From the NCBI GenBank assembly GCA_052279835.1, contig CP181291.1:2176001-2240000 (forward strand): 64,000 bases of DNA, given 5' to 3'. Origin of the DNA: Microcoleus sp. (GTDB lineage: Bacteria > Cyanobacteriota > Cyanobacteriia > Cyanobacteriales > Microcoleaceae). Below the pieces are notes generated by a model. The model was not told the DNA's origin, searched no databases, and saw only the letters and a program-made list of their open reading frames with translations. The translations under genes and the position numbers were made by a program. Shown piece by piece: positions 12,518-22,372 of this stretch (position 1 is its first letter; every line of letters starts with the position of its first letter).

Positions 12518-13147
12518 TTGGTGACTTCAATATTAATCAAAGATTTAGCAACCGAATTAGAGCTTTTCACCGAAGATCCAGTGGAAAGATTTATTACCAG
12601 TGGGGTAAGTTGGGAACAGTATGAACAATTACTGACTCAACTCGGAGATAGTCCTTGGTATCGGGTTACTTATTTAGATGAAGTGCTGGAAATTATGGCC
12701 CCAAGTCGCCGTCACGATCGAGATAAAACCAATATTGGGATGCTGCTAGAAGCGTATTTTCAAGAAACACGGACTCGGTTTTGGGGATTGGGTTCAACTA
12801 CCTTTCGGATTCAAGCAAAAAAGGGCGGTACAGAACCGGATGAGTGCTATTGTATCGGTACAGAGAAAGAGTTTCCTGATTTGGCGATCGAGGTTGTACT
12901 CAGCAGCGGTGGTGTAGATAAGTTAGCAGTTTACAAAAAGCTCGGAATTAGAGAGGTTTGGTTCTGGAAAAATCGTCGCTTTGAGGTTTATCATCTTCGA
13001 GGAGATGAATATGAAAAAATCCACCAAAGTGAATTGTTGCCTGGTTTAGATTTAGAACTTCTAGCATATTATGTGGAGCAACCAGAGCCGCTGGAGGCGG
13101 TGTTGGAGTTTCGGGAAAGAGTTAGAGAAAGTTTAGGTGGAAGTTGA
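12518..13147 (+). CDS. Uma2 family (DUF820) endonuclease
   Basis: EIMAPS..H, EPDECY, PDLAIEV, KLAVYKKLGIREVW. Confidence 0.9.
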   Translation: MVTSILIKDLATELELFTEDPVERFITSGVSWEQYEQLLTQLGDSPWYRVTYLDEVLEIMAPSRRHDRDKTNIGMLLEAYFQETRTRFWGLGSTTFRIQAKKGGTEPDECYCIGTEKEFPDLAIEVVLSSGGVDKLAVYKKLGIREVWFWKNRRFEVYHLRGDEYEKIHQSELLPGLDLELLAYYVEQPEPLEAVLEFRERVRESLGGS

Positions 13148-13233
13148 AAACTGCTAGAGATGCACTTTACTCCCAAACATCTCCGTCAATATCCTCAAGT
13201 AACAATTTTTTTCCTATTTTTCCCTCTTTTCAA

Positions 13234-13488
13234 TTATTCTCTTGTTCTCTCGATCATTTCTAGTAACTCAGGATTTGCTATAGATGATACTAACTTTGAA
13301 TCAGCAGTAGCTAGAACCGCACACAACTTGGAGGAAGTAAGTGCAGGATATTTTTCTAACACCTGTTGTTCAGTCCATCCCGCAGCAAATAGCCCTAGCA
13401 GAAATTCTACAGACAACCCAGTTTCTCGAACAGCAGGTTGAGCTGGTACTTTTTTAGTGCCGAAATTAATTTGCTTTCGCCAGTCCAT
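13234..13488 (-). pseudogene. DUF433-family antitoxin-like protein, probably degenerate
   Basis: QPAVRETGLSVEFLLGLFAAGWTEQQVLEKYPALT. Confidence 0.55.
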
Positions 13489-13765
13489 TTTTTTGTTTAA
13501 ACGATTGGGGAATATGCAGCCAATTATACTGTATTTTAGCGCTAGATCTACCAGGGGATGTCTCAGGAAGCCGATAAATTAAGACTAGGGGCGATTTCCG
13601 TGTTTAGTAATTAATTTTTTATACCGATCGCACTCGGTCAATTTCTTATAAAGTAGAGTAAGGAGCAGCGAGTGCGATCGCCTTTTTTGCTTTTGTCGGT
13701 TTAGTGAGTAAAAATGCCGATCGCCCTCGATCTTAACACACAGTACAACTACTTGAGCTTGCACT

Positions 13766-14101
13766 ATGACAAAAAAGTCTAAGGTCAAAAAATCCTGTTT
13801 GCTCTCCCAACGACTGCAAGAAGCTCTCGATCGAGGCAGTAAAGTTTGGATGAAAACAAATAATAGCAGTTTCGGCGGCATCCCGATTAATTTATCCAGG
13901 GAGTTTGCTGAAATTCTGGTAATTGTTCCCCCTAGCGAACACGGCGAAAATAACGATTCTTATGGACAAGTCACTTGGCTGATTCGACTTTCCGACATTA
14001 TTGCAGTCGCTTATCCAACTGAATATTGGTCTAAAGATAGATTAGAAAGTTTGCTAAAACCCGATGTAGTTACTTCTGAAATGGGAGATTATCCGGGATA
14101 A
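13766..14101 (+). CDS. Hypothetical protein
   Basis: 111 aa ORF, convergent with the next gene across a terminator. Confidence 0.65.
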   Translation: MTKKSKVKKSCLLSQRLQEALDRGSKVWMKTNNSSFGGIPINLSREFAEILVIVPPSEHGENNDSYGQVTWLIRLSDIIAVAYPTEYWSKDRLESLLKPDVVTSEMGDYPG

Positions 14102-14153
14102 GGTGCTGATAGCGCACCTACGTTTAAAGATGCAATCACAAGTCATAAAAAAT

Positions 14154-14196
14154 AAAAAAGAGTGAAATTTTAAATTTTATAAATTTCACTCTTTTT
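14154..14196. terminator. Bidirectional terminator
   Basis: AAAAAAGAGTGAAATTT...AAATTTCACTCTTTTTT between convergent genes. Confidence 0.7.
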
Positions 14197-14220
14197 TAAA
14201 CAATTTATCGAGAAGTTTAA

Positions 14221-14613
14221 TTATTTATTGCAAACAGAAAGCTGCACTTTACAACTGCCTCCTGGTAATTCGCTGCAAGCCGCCAAAGCTTGAGCTTCTG
14301 CTGATGCTTTATCGTCACCCCAACCGGCACCAGCTCCTCCTTTCCCAACGACAATAGCTCCACAGTTATTAGTGTTGGATGTCAGAGGTTCGCAGTCATT
14401 CGCCCCTCCACTATGCTGATTGCAGGCGGCTACTGCGGCATCTAGTGCTTCTTGTTCTGTAGCATGATCCCAACTGATACCCGTGGCATCAGAAGTGGCA
14501 GAATAAGCCGTAGCTCCGTGTTTATCCTGAGCTTGAGCTGTCTGAGCACATAACAGGAGTGGCAATGTCAAAACAGTCGCTAAAACACACTTAGAAAATA
14601 GCTGTTGAAACAT
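14221..14613 (-). CDS. Secreted DUF4189-like Cys-containing protein
   Basis: Signal peptide ending AQAQ; GATAYS...AVAAC...C..NNCGA...ALAAC...C...CN. Confidence 0.8.
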   Translation of the reverse strand: MFQQLFSKCVLATVLTLPLLLCAQTAQAQDKHGATAYSATSDATGISWDHATEQEALDAAVAACNQHSGGANDCEPLTSNTNNCGAIVVGKGGAGAGWGDDKASAEAQALAACSELPGGSCKVQLSVCNK

Positions 14614-14800
14614 ATTTAGTGGCTGCCTTTACAGAGTTATATTTTTGTGCTTAATCAATATTAAATCACCCCCGCGAGGGATGTCAATATCCCCATAGTC
14701 ATCTACCAAAAACGTTGTATTGAATAGGCTGTCGGGCCTGTGCCACGAGAATTAGGCCAGAAGTCTCATCTCAAATCCCAAATCTCAACTCTAAAATCCG

Positions 14801-15628
14801 ATGACTGATATCCGCAAAATCCTCAACCAACTTGCCGCCCAAGCAGGAAAGCTCCTCGATACCCAATTCCTCGCACCTTGCGTGGGAGGGGGAAGGGTGC
14901 GGACAAGGATAGATGGAATGATTTACAGGTTTAAACCGCAGCCTCGCAATTTTGAAGGCTGGGGTATTTTTCAACCAATAAATGAGAAAAATGCTGCCTT
15001 AGTTGCAGAGCCAGATTTGGCACAAGTCACAGAGTATTTACAACTGCTTGTGCCAGTTCGTTTGCAATTAGCTCATGTACTAAGAGGGCAAACTTGGCTG
15101 GCTTATCCGGTTAATGAATCTGATGTAAAACAGCGTACTGGTTTTGTTAAACCTGTAGCCGTACATCTCGTAACAGAAGGCTTGCAGTTTGAGCCGATAG
15201 TTGCTAGATGGGATGGTCATTATTGGTGGTTTGAGGAAATAAATCGACGGGCAGATCCTCTACCTGCTGAGGAATTAAGGGCTTCTTTAAAAACGTTAAA
15301 TTTGCCTCAAGAAATACGCTTTAAAGGCATGACACCGGAAATGGCAACTGTTTATGAATTGGTGACACAAAATATCAAAGATTCTGACCCTAAATTTAGG
15401 GATGAACAGCGCTTGCAGCGAGCTTTGCACATGGGGGGAGGAGAATTACAAGGTTTTTGCGATCGCGATGACTATTGGCTGGTGGAATGGACTAGCCGGA
15501 CTGGTGAAAGACATTCTTCGGCTATTGCTAAGGATGATTTGACTGTGATGAGTGCTGGTATTTGTCTGAGTGGATTAGACAGAAACTTCGATTTGCAGTC
15601 TTTAGTTGGTGTAGTCGAGGATAGATAA
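14801..15628 (+). CDS. Conserved hypothetical protein with a C-terminal E2-like GICL motif
   Basis: 275 aa ending [27 protein letters not shown] (Cys255), directly upstream of ThiF. CDS is solid; E2 role is inferred. Confidence 0.7.
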   Translation: MTDIRKILNQLAAQAGKLLDTQFLAPCVGGGRVRTRIDGMIYRFKPQPRNFEGWGIFQPINEKNAALVAEPDLAQVTEYLQLLVPVRLQLAHVLRGQTWLAYPVNESDVKQRTGFVKPVAVHLVTEGLQFEPIVARWDGHYWWFEEINRRADPLPAEELRASLKTLNLPQEIRFKGMTPEMATVYELVTQNIKDSDPKFRDEQRLQRALHMGGGELQGFCDRDDYWLVEWTSRTGERHSSAIAKDDLTVMSAGICLSGLDRNFDLQSLVGVVEDR

Positions 15629-15654
15629 TTTTGTTATTGGTTATTTGTGTTAAT

Positions 15655-15822
15655 TCCAATGCCCAATGCCCAATTCCCCCCTTGGGGGGGGTAGGGGGGG
15701 TTCCCCAATGCCCAATACCCAATACCCAATCCCCAATGCCCAATGCCCAATTCCCAATTCCCAATCCCCAATCCCCAATTCCCCCCTTGGGGCAGTAGGT
15801 GGGGGTTCCCCAATGCCCAATC
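15655..15822. repeat. STRR-type heptamer repeats (CCCAATG/CCCAATT) with embedded CCCCCTTGGGGG palindromes
   Basis: Direct inspection. Confidence 0.85.
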
Positions 15823-15838
15823 ATCAATAACTATAACT

Positions 15839-16477
15839 ATGAGTATTTTTTTTCACGAACAATTGTACAGAACATCATCAGTGATGTCCATGGTTAAAAA
15901 CTTCCCTATTACCGTGTGCGGTGCCGGTGCTTTGGGTGCTAATATTACAGAAAATTTGGCGCGATCGGGATTTGGTCAATTAACTGTAGTCGATCGCGAT
16001 CGCATCGAAGAACGCAATTTGTCCACTCAACCCTATTATCGATCGGATGTTGGCGCATTCAAAGCCAAAATTCTCGCCCACAATCTTTACCGCGCTTTGG
16101 GAGTCAAAATAGAGGCGCACTCAAAAGAATTGACATCCGCCAATGTCGATCGACTACTTGCCAACAGCGCCGCGATCGTTGATACTTTTGATAACAGTGT
16201 AGGAAGGCAAGCAGTCAAAGATTACTGTGCAAGTGTCTCCGTTCCTTGCCTCCATGTAGGATTAGCCAGCGATTACTCCGAAATAATTTGGAACCAACAC
16301 TATCGCGTTCCCTCCCCGGCAAATGATGACGTTTGCGATTACCCGTTGTCGAGAAACTTAGTGATGCTGACAGTTGCTGTTGCTTGCGAAGTAATGGTGG
16401 CATTTGTCGCTACCAAGGAACAACAAAATTTAACTTGCACGATCAAAGATTTTGCCGTAAGACCACTTATATTGTAG
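15839..16477 (+). CDS. ThiF/E1-like adenylyltransferase
   Basis: [32 protein letters not shown] motifs; candidate catalytic Cys166 in DDVCDYP; no CxxC zinc motifs. Confidence 0.9.
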   Translation: MSIFFHEQLYRTSSVMSMVKNFPITVCGAGALGANITENLARSGFGQLTVVDRDRIEERNLSTQPYYRSDVGAFKAKILAHNLYRALGVKIEAHSKELTSANVDRLLANSAAIVDTFDNSVGRQAVKDYCASVSVPCLHVGLASDYSEIIWNQHYRVPSPANDDVCDYPLSRNLVMLTVAVACEVMVAFVATKEQQNLTCTIKDFAVRPLIL

Positions 16478-16609
16478 AATGTCTAGTGGCCATTGCCAGA
16501 AACCCGATCGCATGAGATGAGATACCTCTGTCCCATAAATCCGGTTTCTAACTCTCAAAGGCGATCGTCAAACACGCAAAATAAGCTTAAGAAAATTAAC
16601 AGGGAAATT

Positions 16610-16978
16610 ATGGTCGGACAACAGACATTTTCTATTTTACTAGCAGTTCTAGCCCTATTAGTTTTGACTGGCGTCGGTGGAGCAAATTATGCTTCTAGCG
16701 GCGACGCAGTTTGCCGCACAAATGATTGCCACGAACCCCAAAAAAAATCTCATAAACCGCACAAAAGGATTTTAAAACACGGATCGAGAGGAGAAGATGT
16801 CAGAAAGCTGCAAAAATTATTAAACGCGCGAGGTTTGTGCCCACAGCCGATCGTAGTGGACGGCATTTTCGGCCCAACAACTCTCACAGCGGTGAAAAAA
16901 TTTCAGCGACAAGCTAACCTTCCGGTAGATGGAATTGTCGGCGGAGAAACTTGGGACAGACTATTTGCTAGTTTGTAA
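16610..16978 (+). CDS. Peptidoglycan-binding domain protein
   Basis: Signal/TM segment plus LKHGSRGEDVRKLQKLL...VDGIFGPTT...FQ...VDGIVGGETW. Confidence 0.9.
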   Translation: MVGQQTFSILLAVLALLVLTGVGGANYASSGDAVCRTNDCHEPQKKSHKPHKRILKHGSRGEDVRKLQKLLNARGLCPQPIVVDGIFGPTTLTAVKKFQRQANLPVDGIVGGETWDRLFASL

Positions 16979-17052
16979 ATTCAAGCACCGTGCAATACAA
17001 TTTCTTAAGTCAGTTTTGCTAATCAATCATCCCTCCAATACTCCCTTATTTC

Positions 17053-17748
17053 TTAGTCCTCGGCGGTTAAAACCGCCGAGGGATTTTTCGATGCTTTGAC
17101 AAACATTTGCCCTCCCAAAAACTGCCATAAAAAAGGCAGTTTCAAGTAAATTTTCAAAAGCAGCGGCGAGGCTGGTCTACCTTTGGTAGAAAATGGTAAA
17201 AATCTCGGTATCATCAAATCTATTTGAAAACCAACAGTTTCTAAAAGCTCTTGCAGCGATAAGTGCGTAATCGGTAATTGATGGTCAATAAAATCGTAGT
17301 ATTCCTTGTAAGAATATTTGAAATTTGGCTGAATCACCAAAAGAGAACCGTTGGACTTGAGAGAATCAAAGCAAAATGAAATAATTTGGACTAATTCTTC
17401 TTTATTATTCAAATGTTCAAAAAAATTAGAGATAAAAATGCGGTCAAACTGTTCGGTAAATAAATGGCGATCGCCTAAATTTAAAACATCAATATTCAGC
17501 ACTTTAATATCAGCATTAGCAAATATTTGTGAATCAGGATTGAGGTCAATTAAGCATTTGTTGTCTGCCAGAATCTGATTTATAAACTCGCAATAACCCC
17601 CACCAATATCTAAAATAGATGATTGCGAGGGAACATATTTTTGTAAAAAATCGTCAATTAATACTTTCCAAAGCAATACCTTAGCTTCCATCTGTCTGGA
17701 ATCAAATCGATTAGCGTACAATTTTTTGAGATATCCGTCAGCTTTCAT
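17053..17748 (-). CDS. Class I SAM-dependent methyltransferase
   Basis: ILDIGGGYCEF, SNFFEHL. Confidence 0.85.
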   Translation of the reverse strand: MKADGYLKKLYANRFDSRQMEAKVLLWKVLIDDFLQKYVPSQSSILDIGGGYCEFINQILADNKCLIDLNPDSQIFANADIKVLNIDVLNLGDRHLFTEQFDRIFISNFFEHLNNKEELVQIISFCFDSLKSNGSLLVIQPNFKYSYKEYYDFIDHQLPITHLSLQELLETVGFQIDLMIPRFLPFSTKGRPASPLLLKIYLKLPFLWQFLGGQMFVKASKNPSAVLTAED

Positions 17749-17797
17749 AGTAAGATAGTATTCAGTAAGTATGACTTTATCACTATCCCAGGCAACT

Positions 17798-18343
17798 ATG
17801 AACGTTATATCTACCGAAATACCGGAAGTTTTGATAATTGAGCCGAAAATTTTCGGAGACGATCGCGGTTTCTTTTTTGAAAGTTTTAATCACAAAGCTT
17901 TTGGAGAAAAAACTGGTGTGACGGCAGATTTTGTTCAAGACAATCATTCCAAATCCTCGAAAAATGTATTGCGCGGATTGCACTACCAAATGCAGCAGCC
18001 TCAAGGCAAATTACTGCGGGTAGTGAGTGGTGAAATATTTGATGTCGCTGTGGATATTAGAAAAAGCTCGCCGACTTTTGGACAATGGGTGGGGTGTATG
18101 CTGAGTGCTGAAAATAAACAGCAACTCTGGGTGCCGGCGGGATTTGCTCACGGTTTTTTAGTCGTTTCTGAAACTGCGGAAGTTTTGTACAAAACTACAG
18201 ACTACTATGCACCAAGTCACGAGCGGTGTATCCTGTGGAATGACCCTGATTTGGCGATCGATTGGCCGCTGGATGGTGCCCAACCAATTTTATCAGCTAA
18301 AGACCAAGCCGGACAAACCTTGAAAAGAGCTCAAGTATTTTAG
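17798..18343 (+). CDS. rfbC: dTDP-4-dehydrorhamnose 3,5-epimerase
   Basis: FGDDRGFFFES, VLRGLHYQ, GFAHGF. Confidence 0.95.
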   Translation: MNVISTEIPEVLIIEPKIFGDDRGFFFESFNHKAFGEKTGVTADFVQDNHSKSSKNVLRGLHYQMQQPQGKLLRVVSGEIFDVAVDIRKSSPTFGQWVGCMLSAENKQQLWVPAGFAHGFLVVSETAEVLYKTTDYYAPSHERCILWNDPDLAIDWPLDGAQPILSAKDQAGQTLKRAQVF

Positions 18344-18346
18344 ATA

Positions 18347-19218
18347 ATGAAAATCTTACTGACAGGTGGCAGCGGACAACTCGCTCAAGAATTGCAGCCA
18401 ATTTTATTATCTTCGGGAGAGGTAATTGCAGTCGATCGCGCTCGTCTCGACTTATCCCAACCCGAAACTATTCGTCAAGCAATAGCCGAAATTCAACCGC
18501 ATTTAGTTGTCAATGCGGGTGCTTACACTGCTGTAGACAAAGCAGAAACCGAACCAGAATTAGCACAGGCTGTCAACGGCATTGCCCCTGGCATTATAGC
18601 CGAAGAATGCGAAAAACTGGGAGCAACATTGATTCATATTTCCACGGATTATGTATTTGATGGCAGCCAGGGTTATCCTTATCAAGAAACAGATTCTACC
18701 AATCCCCTGGGCAGTTACGGCAAGTCAAAATTAGCTGGTGAAGAAGCAATTAGACAAGCCGGAAATCGGCACATTATTATTAGAACAGCCTGGGTTATGG
18801 CAACGGTGGCAAAGGTAATTTTGTCAAAACCATGCTGAGGCTGGGCAAAGACAGGGAAGAAATTCGAGTAGTCGCAGATCAGATCGGAAGTCCTACTTGG
18901 ACAGGAGATTTAGCTGCGGCAATTTCCCAGATAATTCCTAAAATTCAACCCGAAATTTTCGGAACTTACCAATATACAAACAGCGGAGTTTGTAGTTGGT
19001 ATGATTTGGCGATCGCCATTTTTGAAGAAGCAGAAAAACTGGGCTTTCCCCTAAAAGTTCAGCGTGTAATTCCGATTACAACATCAGAATATCCAACACC
19101 AGCCAAACGTCCGGCTTTTTCTGTCCTTTCACCTGTGAAAATATCAGGAATTCTCGGCACACATCCTCCCTATTGGCGGGAATCTCTCCGGCAAATGCTG
19201 GCAAGAGAAGTCAAATAA
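18347..19218 (+). CDS. rfbD: dTDP-4-dehydrorhamnose reductase split by a -1 frameshift
   Basis: GGSGQL, ISTDYVFDG, YGKSKLAGE; adding one T at 18795-18796 gives RTAWVYGNGGKGNFVKTMLRL...DQIGSPT...AKRP. Confidence 0.9.
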
Positions 19219-19347
19219 ACATTGTAGGGGCGAGTTTGGTAGGGTTAGTGGAGATGGTGCGTGCCTACCCCTACCTACTAAGTTTCGCCCCTACAAAAAA
19301 TGCAACAGCCCCGTTGTAAGTCAACACCATTCGTGTTTCAAAATCCG

Positions 19348-21096
19348 ATGAAATTCCAACCACAATATGTTTTAATTGGTGCATCTGTTCTAGGGATTAT
19401 CATACCAGCTTCCTTTATTTTATATCTGATATCGCAAGCCGGAGATTTATCTAATTTTGACTATTGGTGGATGACATGGAATTTCTATTCAGTCGAGGGT
19501 TTTGCCACTAATCCTTTGAATTGGATCTTTCGTGCCAACGAGCATTTTGTCTTGATTCCAGCAATTATCTATGCCTTGAATATAGTTATTACCCAAGGTT
19601 CAAATATCGGCTTATGTGTATTTGCCTGGTTTTTGGCTTTGCTCCAGTGCCACGTATTAATCGCTTTGCTACCTGTGAAATTGAGCCGTTTTCCGGTGCA
19701 ATTTATCTTCATTATAGTTGCTATTTCTATTTTTAATTTTACTCCAGCAGCGGCTCATAATTGGATGCGGGGATTTAGTGGTGTACATTGGATAATAGCT
19801 AATTTATTTGTAATTTGTGCGATATTTTGTTTGCAATCCTATGCCAAAAGTTTGTCCGTAACTGCGGTGCAGCCGCCCTCCTTTTCCCCTTTACAAAATA
19901 AGTGGGTAATTGGTAGCATTGTTTTTGGTATTTTAGGTTGTATTAGTTACAGCACTCCTTTAGGCTTGTGGCCAATATTGTGTGCTGCTGCTATAGTGTT
20001 GCGCTTTCCTAGACAAGTTATTTATTTGTATTTTGGTGTTTCTATTGCGGTGGTGGGCACTTATTTTTTGACTTATAAAACCCCCGCTCATCACCCTTCT
20101 TTAACCAAAATAAACCCGCTGAAATTTATTGAATATATTCCTACTTATTTAGGCGGAATTTTTAGCGAAAATATTTCGATTGCCTCAATTATTGGCATCA
20201 TAGGTTTGATAGCTGTAACGAGTTTTGTTGGTTATTGGTTGTTTGGTAAAAAGAGCGATCGCACCGAGTGGCTACCTTGGCTATCAATCCAGATTTACAC
20301 CTTGCAAACAGCGTTAATGGCCGCCGTTAGTCGATCGGGATTTGGAGTGGAACAAGCCACAGCTTCCCGCTACGCCACACTCCCGGCACTTTTTTGGATG
20401 AGCACCATTCTCCTGACGGTATTGTGGGTACGCCAATCACAACTAACTCCCAGAATCCAAACACGTTGGCTGACATCGCTGTTAGGAATCACCACAATAG
20501 CGATCGTATTAATGTACGGCGTGGGAGGAGACATAGCAAGTGCGATCGCCCAGAGAGCAACCTATCAACCCCTAGTCGCATTATCATTACAATTAGGTAT
20601 CACCGATGTCACATTAATTAAAGAAAAAGTAGGCAACAGACCAGCCGCTTTCATCGGCTTAATCGATGCCTTAAAAACTCATAACTTAGTGCCATTTAAC
20701 CGAGACATTAAACAACAAAACTTCTGTGCACCACTAGATACAAAAATAGATCCAAACTTACTATCAGCCCCCAAAGACGGAGTACCAGGATACTTTGATA
20801 TAATCACAAAACTCGCACCAAGTGCCGGCAGAGTAATTGGCTGGATAGGAGACCCAGAAAACAATGTAAAATGTATAGCCATCCTCAACCAAGAAAATGT
20901 CGTTCGAGGTTTCGCCATGTCAGGATTTCCCCGCCCCGATTTAGTTAATTTATTTGGCCCATCCTACGCATCCGCAGCTTGGAGAGGCTACATTCAGACA
21001 TCACCAACCGACAAATTCTTAACAGCCTACGCATCATTCAAAAACCGCCAAGGCTGGGTAGCCCTGCGAAATTCACAAACCATCAATAAAAATTAA
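19348..21096 (+). CDS. Polytopic membrane protein, GT-C glycosyltransferase-like
   Basis: About 12 hydrophobic segments, NEH and SRY motifs, soluble C-terminal domain, glycan-cluster context. Confidence 0.65.
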   Translation: MKFQPQYVLIGASVLGIIIPASFILYLISQAGDLSNFDYWWMTWNFYSVEGFATNPLNWIFRANEHFVLIPAIIYALNIVITQGSNIGLCVFAWFLALLQCHVLIALLPVKLSRFPVQFIFIIVAISIFNFTPAAAHNWMRGFSGVHWIIANLFVICAIFCLQSYAKSLSVTAVQPPSFSPLQNKWVIGSIVFGILGCISYSTPLGLWPILCAAAIVLRFPRQVIYLYFGVSIAVVGTYFLTYKTPAHHPSLTKINPLKFIEYIPTYLGGIFSENISIASIIGIIGLIAVTSFVGYWLFGKKSDRTEWLPWLSIQIYTLQTALMAAVSRSGFGVEQATASRYATLPALFWMSTILLTVLWVRQSQLTPRIQTRWLTSLLGITTIAIVLMYGVGGDIASAIAQRATYQPLVALSLQLGITDVTLIKEKVGNRPAAFIGLIDALKTHNLVPFNRDIKQQNFCAPLDTKIDPNLLSAPKDGVPGYFDIITKLAPSAGRVIGWIGDPENNVKCIAILNQENVVRGFAMSGFPRPDLVNLFGPSYASAAWRGYIQTSPTDKFLTAYASFKNRQGWVALRNSQTINKN

Positions 21097-21250
21097 AAAC
21101 CCACCCAAAAACCCCTCTCTACTCTCCCTCTCTGCGCCCTCTGCGCCCTCTGCGGTTAAAAAAAGTAGGCCTAGGAAATTCACAAACCATCAATAAAAAT
21201 TAAAAACTCACCCAAAAACCCCTCTCTGCGCCCTCTGCGGTTAAAAAAAT

Positions 21251-22225
21251 ATGCAAAAACACCTTAGTTTCGTCATCCCCGTTCACAACGAAGAAGCAAC
21301 CCTAAAATTGCTGTTTGAAAAAATTCAAATTGTGATGACCCAAACCAGAATAGACAATTACGAAGTAATTTTCATAGACGACGGTAGTCGCGACTATTCT
21401 TGGCGAGAAATCATAGATTTAGCCAGGAATAATCCCAAACTAATTAAAGCCATTAAACTGCGTCGCAACTTTGGCAAATCAGCCGCCCTTGCCGCCGGAT
21501 TTCGCAATTCATCAGGCAGAATAATCTTTACTCTAGATGCGGATCTTCAGGATGATCCGGCGGAAATACCTAGATTTTTAGACCATTTGGAATTGGGATT
21601 TGATTTAGTTTCGGGTTGGCGAAAACAGCGGAACGATCCAATTTCTAAAACTTTACCTTCCAAGTTGTTTAATGCGGTGGCGTGTTTGGTAACTGGCGTA
21701 CAAATGCACGATATGAATTGCGGTTTTAAAGCTTATCGCCAGGAAGTTTTAGCATCTATTAAATTGTATGGAGAATTGCACCGCTACATTCCGGCTTTAG
21801 CCAACAATTTGGGTTTTAAAATTGGGGAAGTGGTTGTCGAACACCATTCCCGCAAACATGGAAAATCTAATTATGGCTGGGAACGTTATGCACGGGGTTT
21901 TCTGGACTTGTTGACGGTGTTGGCAACGACGCATTATTTACAGAAACCGGGTCATTTGTTTGGGGGTTTAGGGTTGTTTTTTGGCTTGATTGGGACTGTT
22001 TCACTGAGTTATTTGATTGTGATTTGGTTTTTGAATTTGGGAGGGATGAATTTTGGTCCGATCGGGAATCGACCTTTGTTATTTTTTGGGATTTTGTGTA
22101 CAATCATGTCGGTACAGTTAATTTCGCTGGGGATTTTGGCCGAGTTGATGGCGCGAAATGTGAATGCTGATTATGTGGATAAGCAGATTTGTGAAATTAT
22201 TGATGATTCTAATATTGATGTTTGA
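21251..22225 (+). CDS. GT2 polyprenol-phosphate glycosyltransferase (ArnC/GtrB-like)
   Basis: VIPVHNE, IDDGSRD, NFGKSAA, DADLQDDP, two C-terminal TM helices. Confidence 0.92.
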   Translation: MQKHLSFVIPVHNEEATLKLLFEKIQIVMTQTRIDNYEVIFIDDGSRDYSWREIIDLARNNPKLIKAIKLRRNFGKSAALAAGFRNSSGRIIFTLDADLQDDPAEIPRFLDHLELGFDLVSGWRKQRNDPISKTLPSKLFNAVACLVTGVQMHDMNCGFKAYRQEVLASIKLYGELHRYIPALANNLGFKIGEVVVEHHSRKHGKSNYGWERYARGFLDLLTVLATTHYLQKPGHLFGGLGLFFGLIGTVSLSYLIVIWFLNLGGMNFGPIGNRPLLFFGILCTIMSVQLISLGILAELMARNVNADYVDKQICEIIDDSNIDV

Positions 22226-22372
22226 AGGAATAAGGAAGAAGGAAGAAGGAAGAAGTCACCCCCCATTACTTCCCCCCTTGGGGGGGGCAGGGGGGGGTAG
22301 CCCGATTCCCAATTCCCCATTACTTCCCCCCTTGGGGGGGGCAGGGGGGGTAGCCCGATTCCCAATTCCCCA

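Noticed and set aside
15839..16477. Housekeeping MoeB/ThiF for cofactor synthesis
   Set aside because: Short, lacks CxxC zinc motifs and a rhodanese domain, and no thi/moa genes are nearby; not fully excluded.
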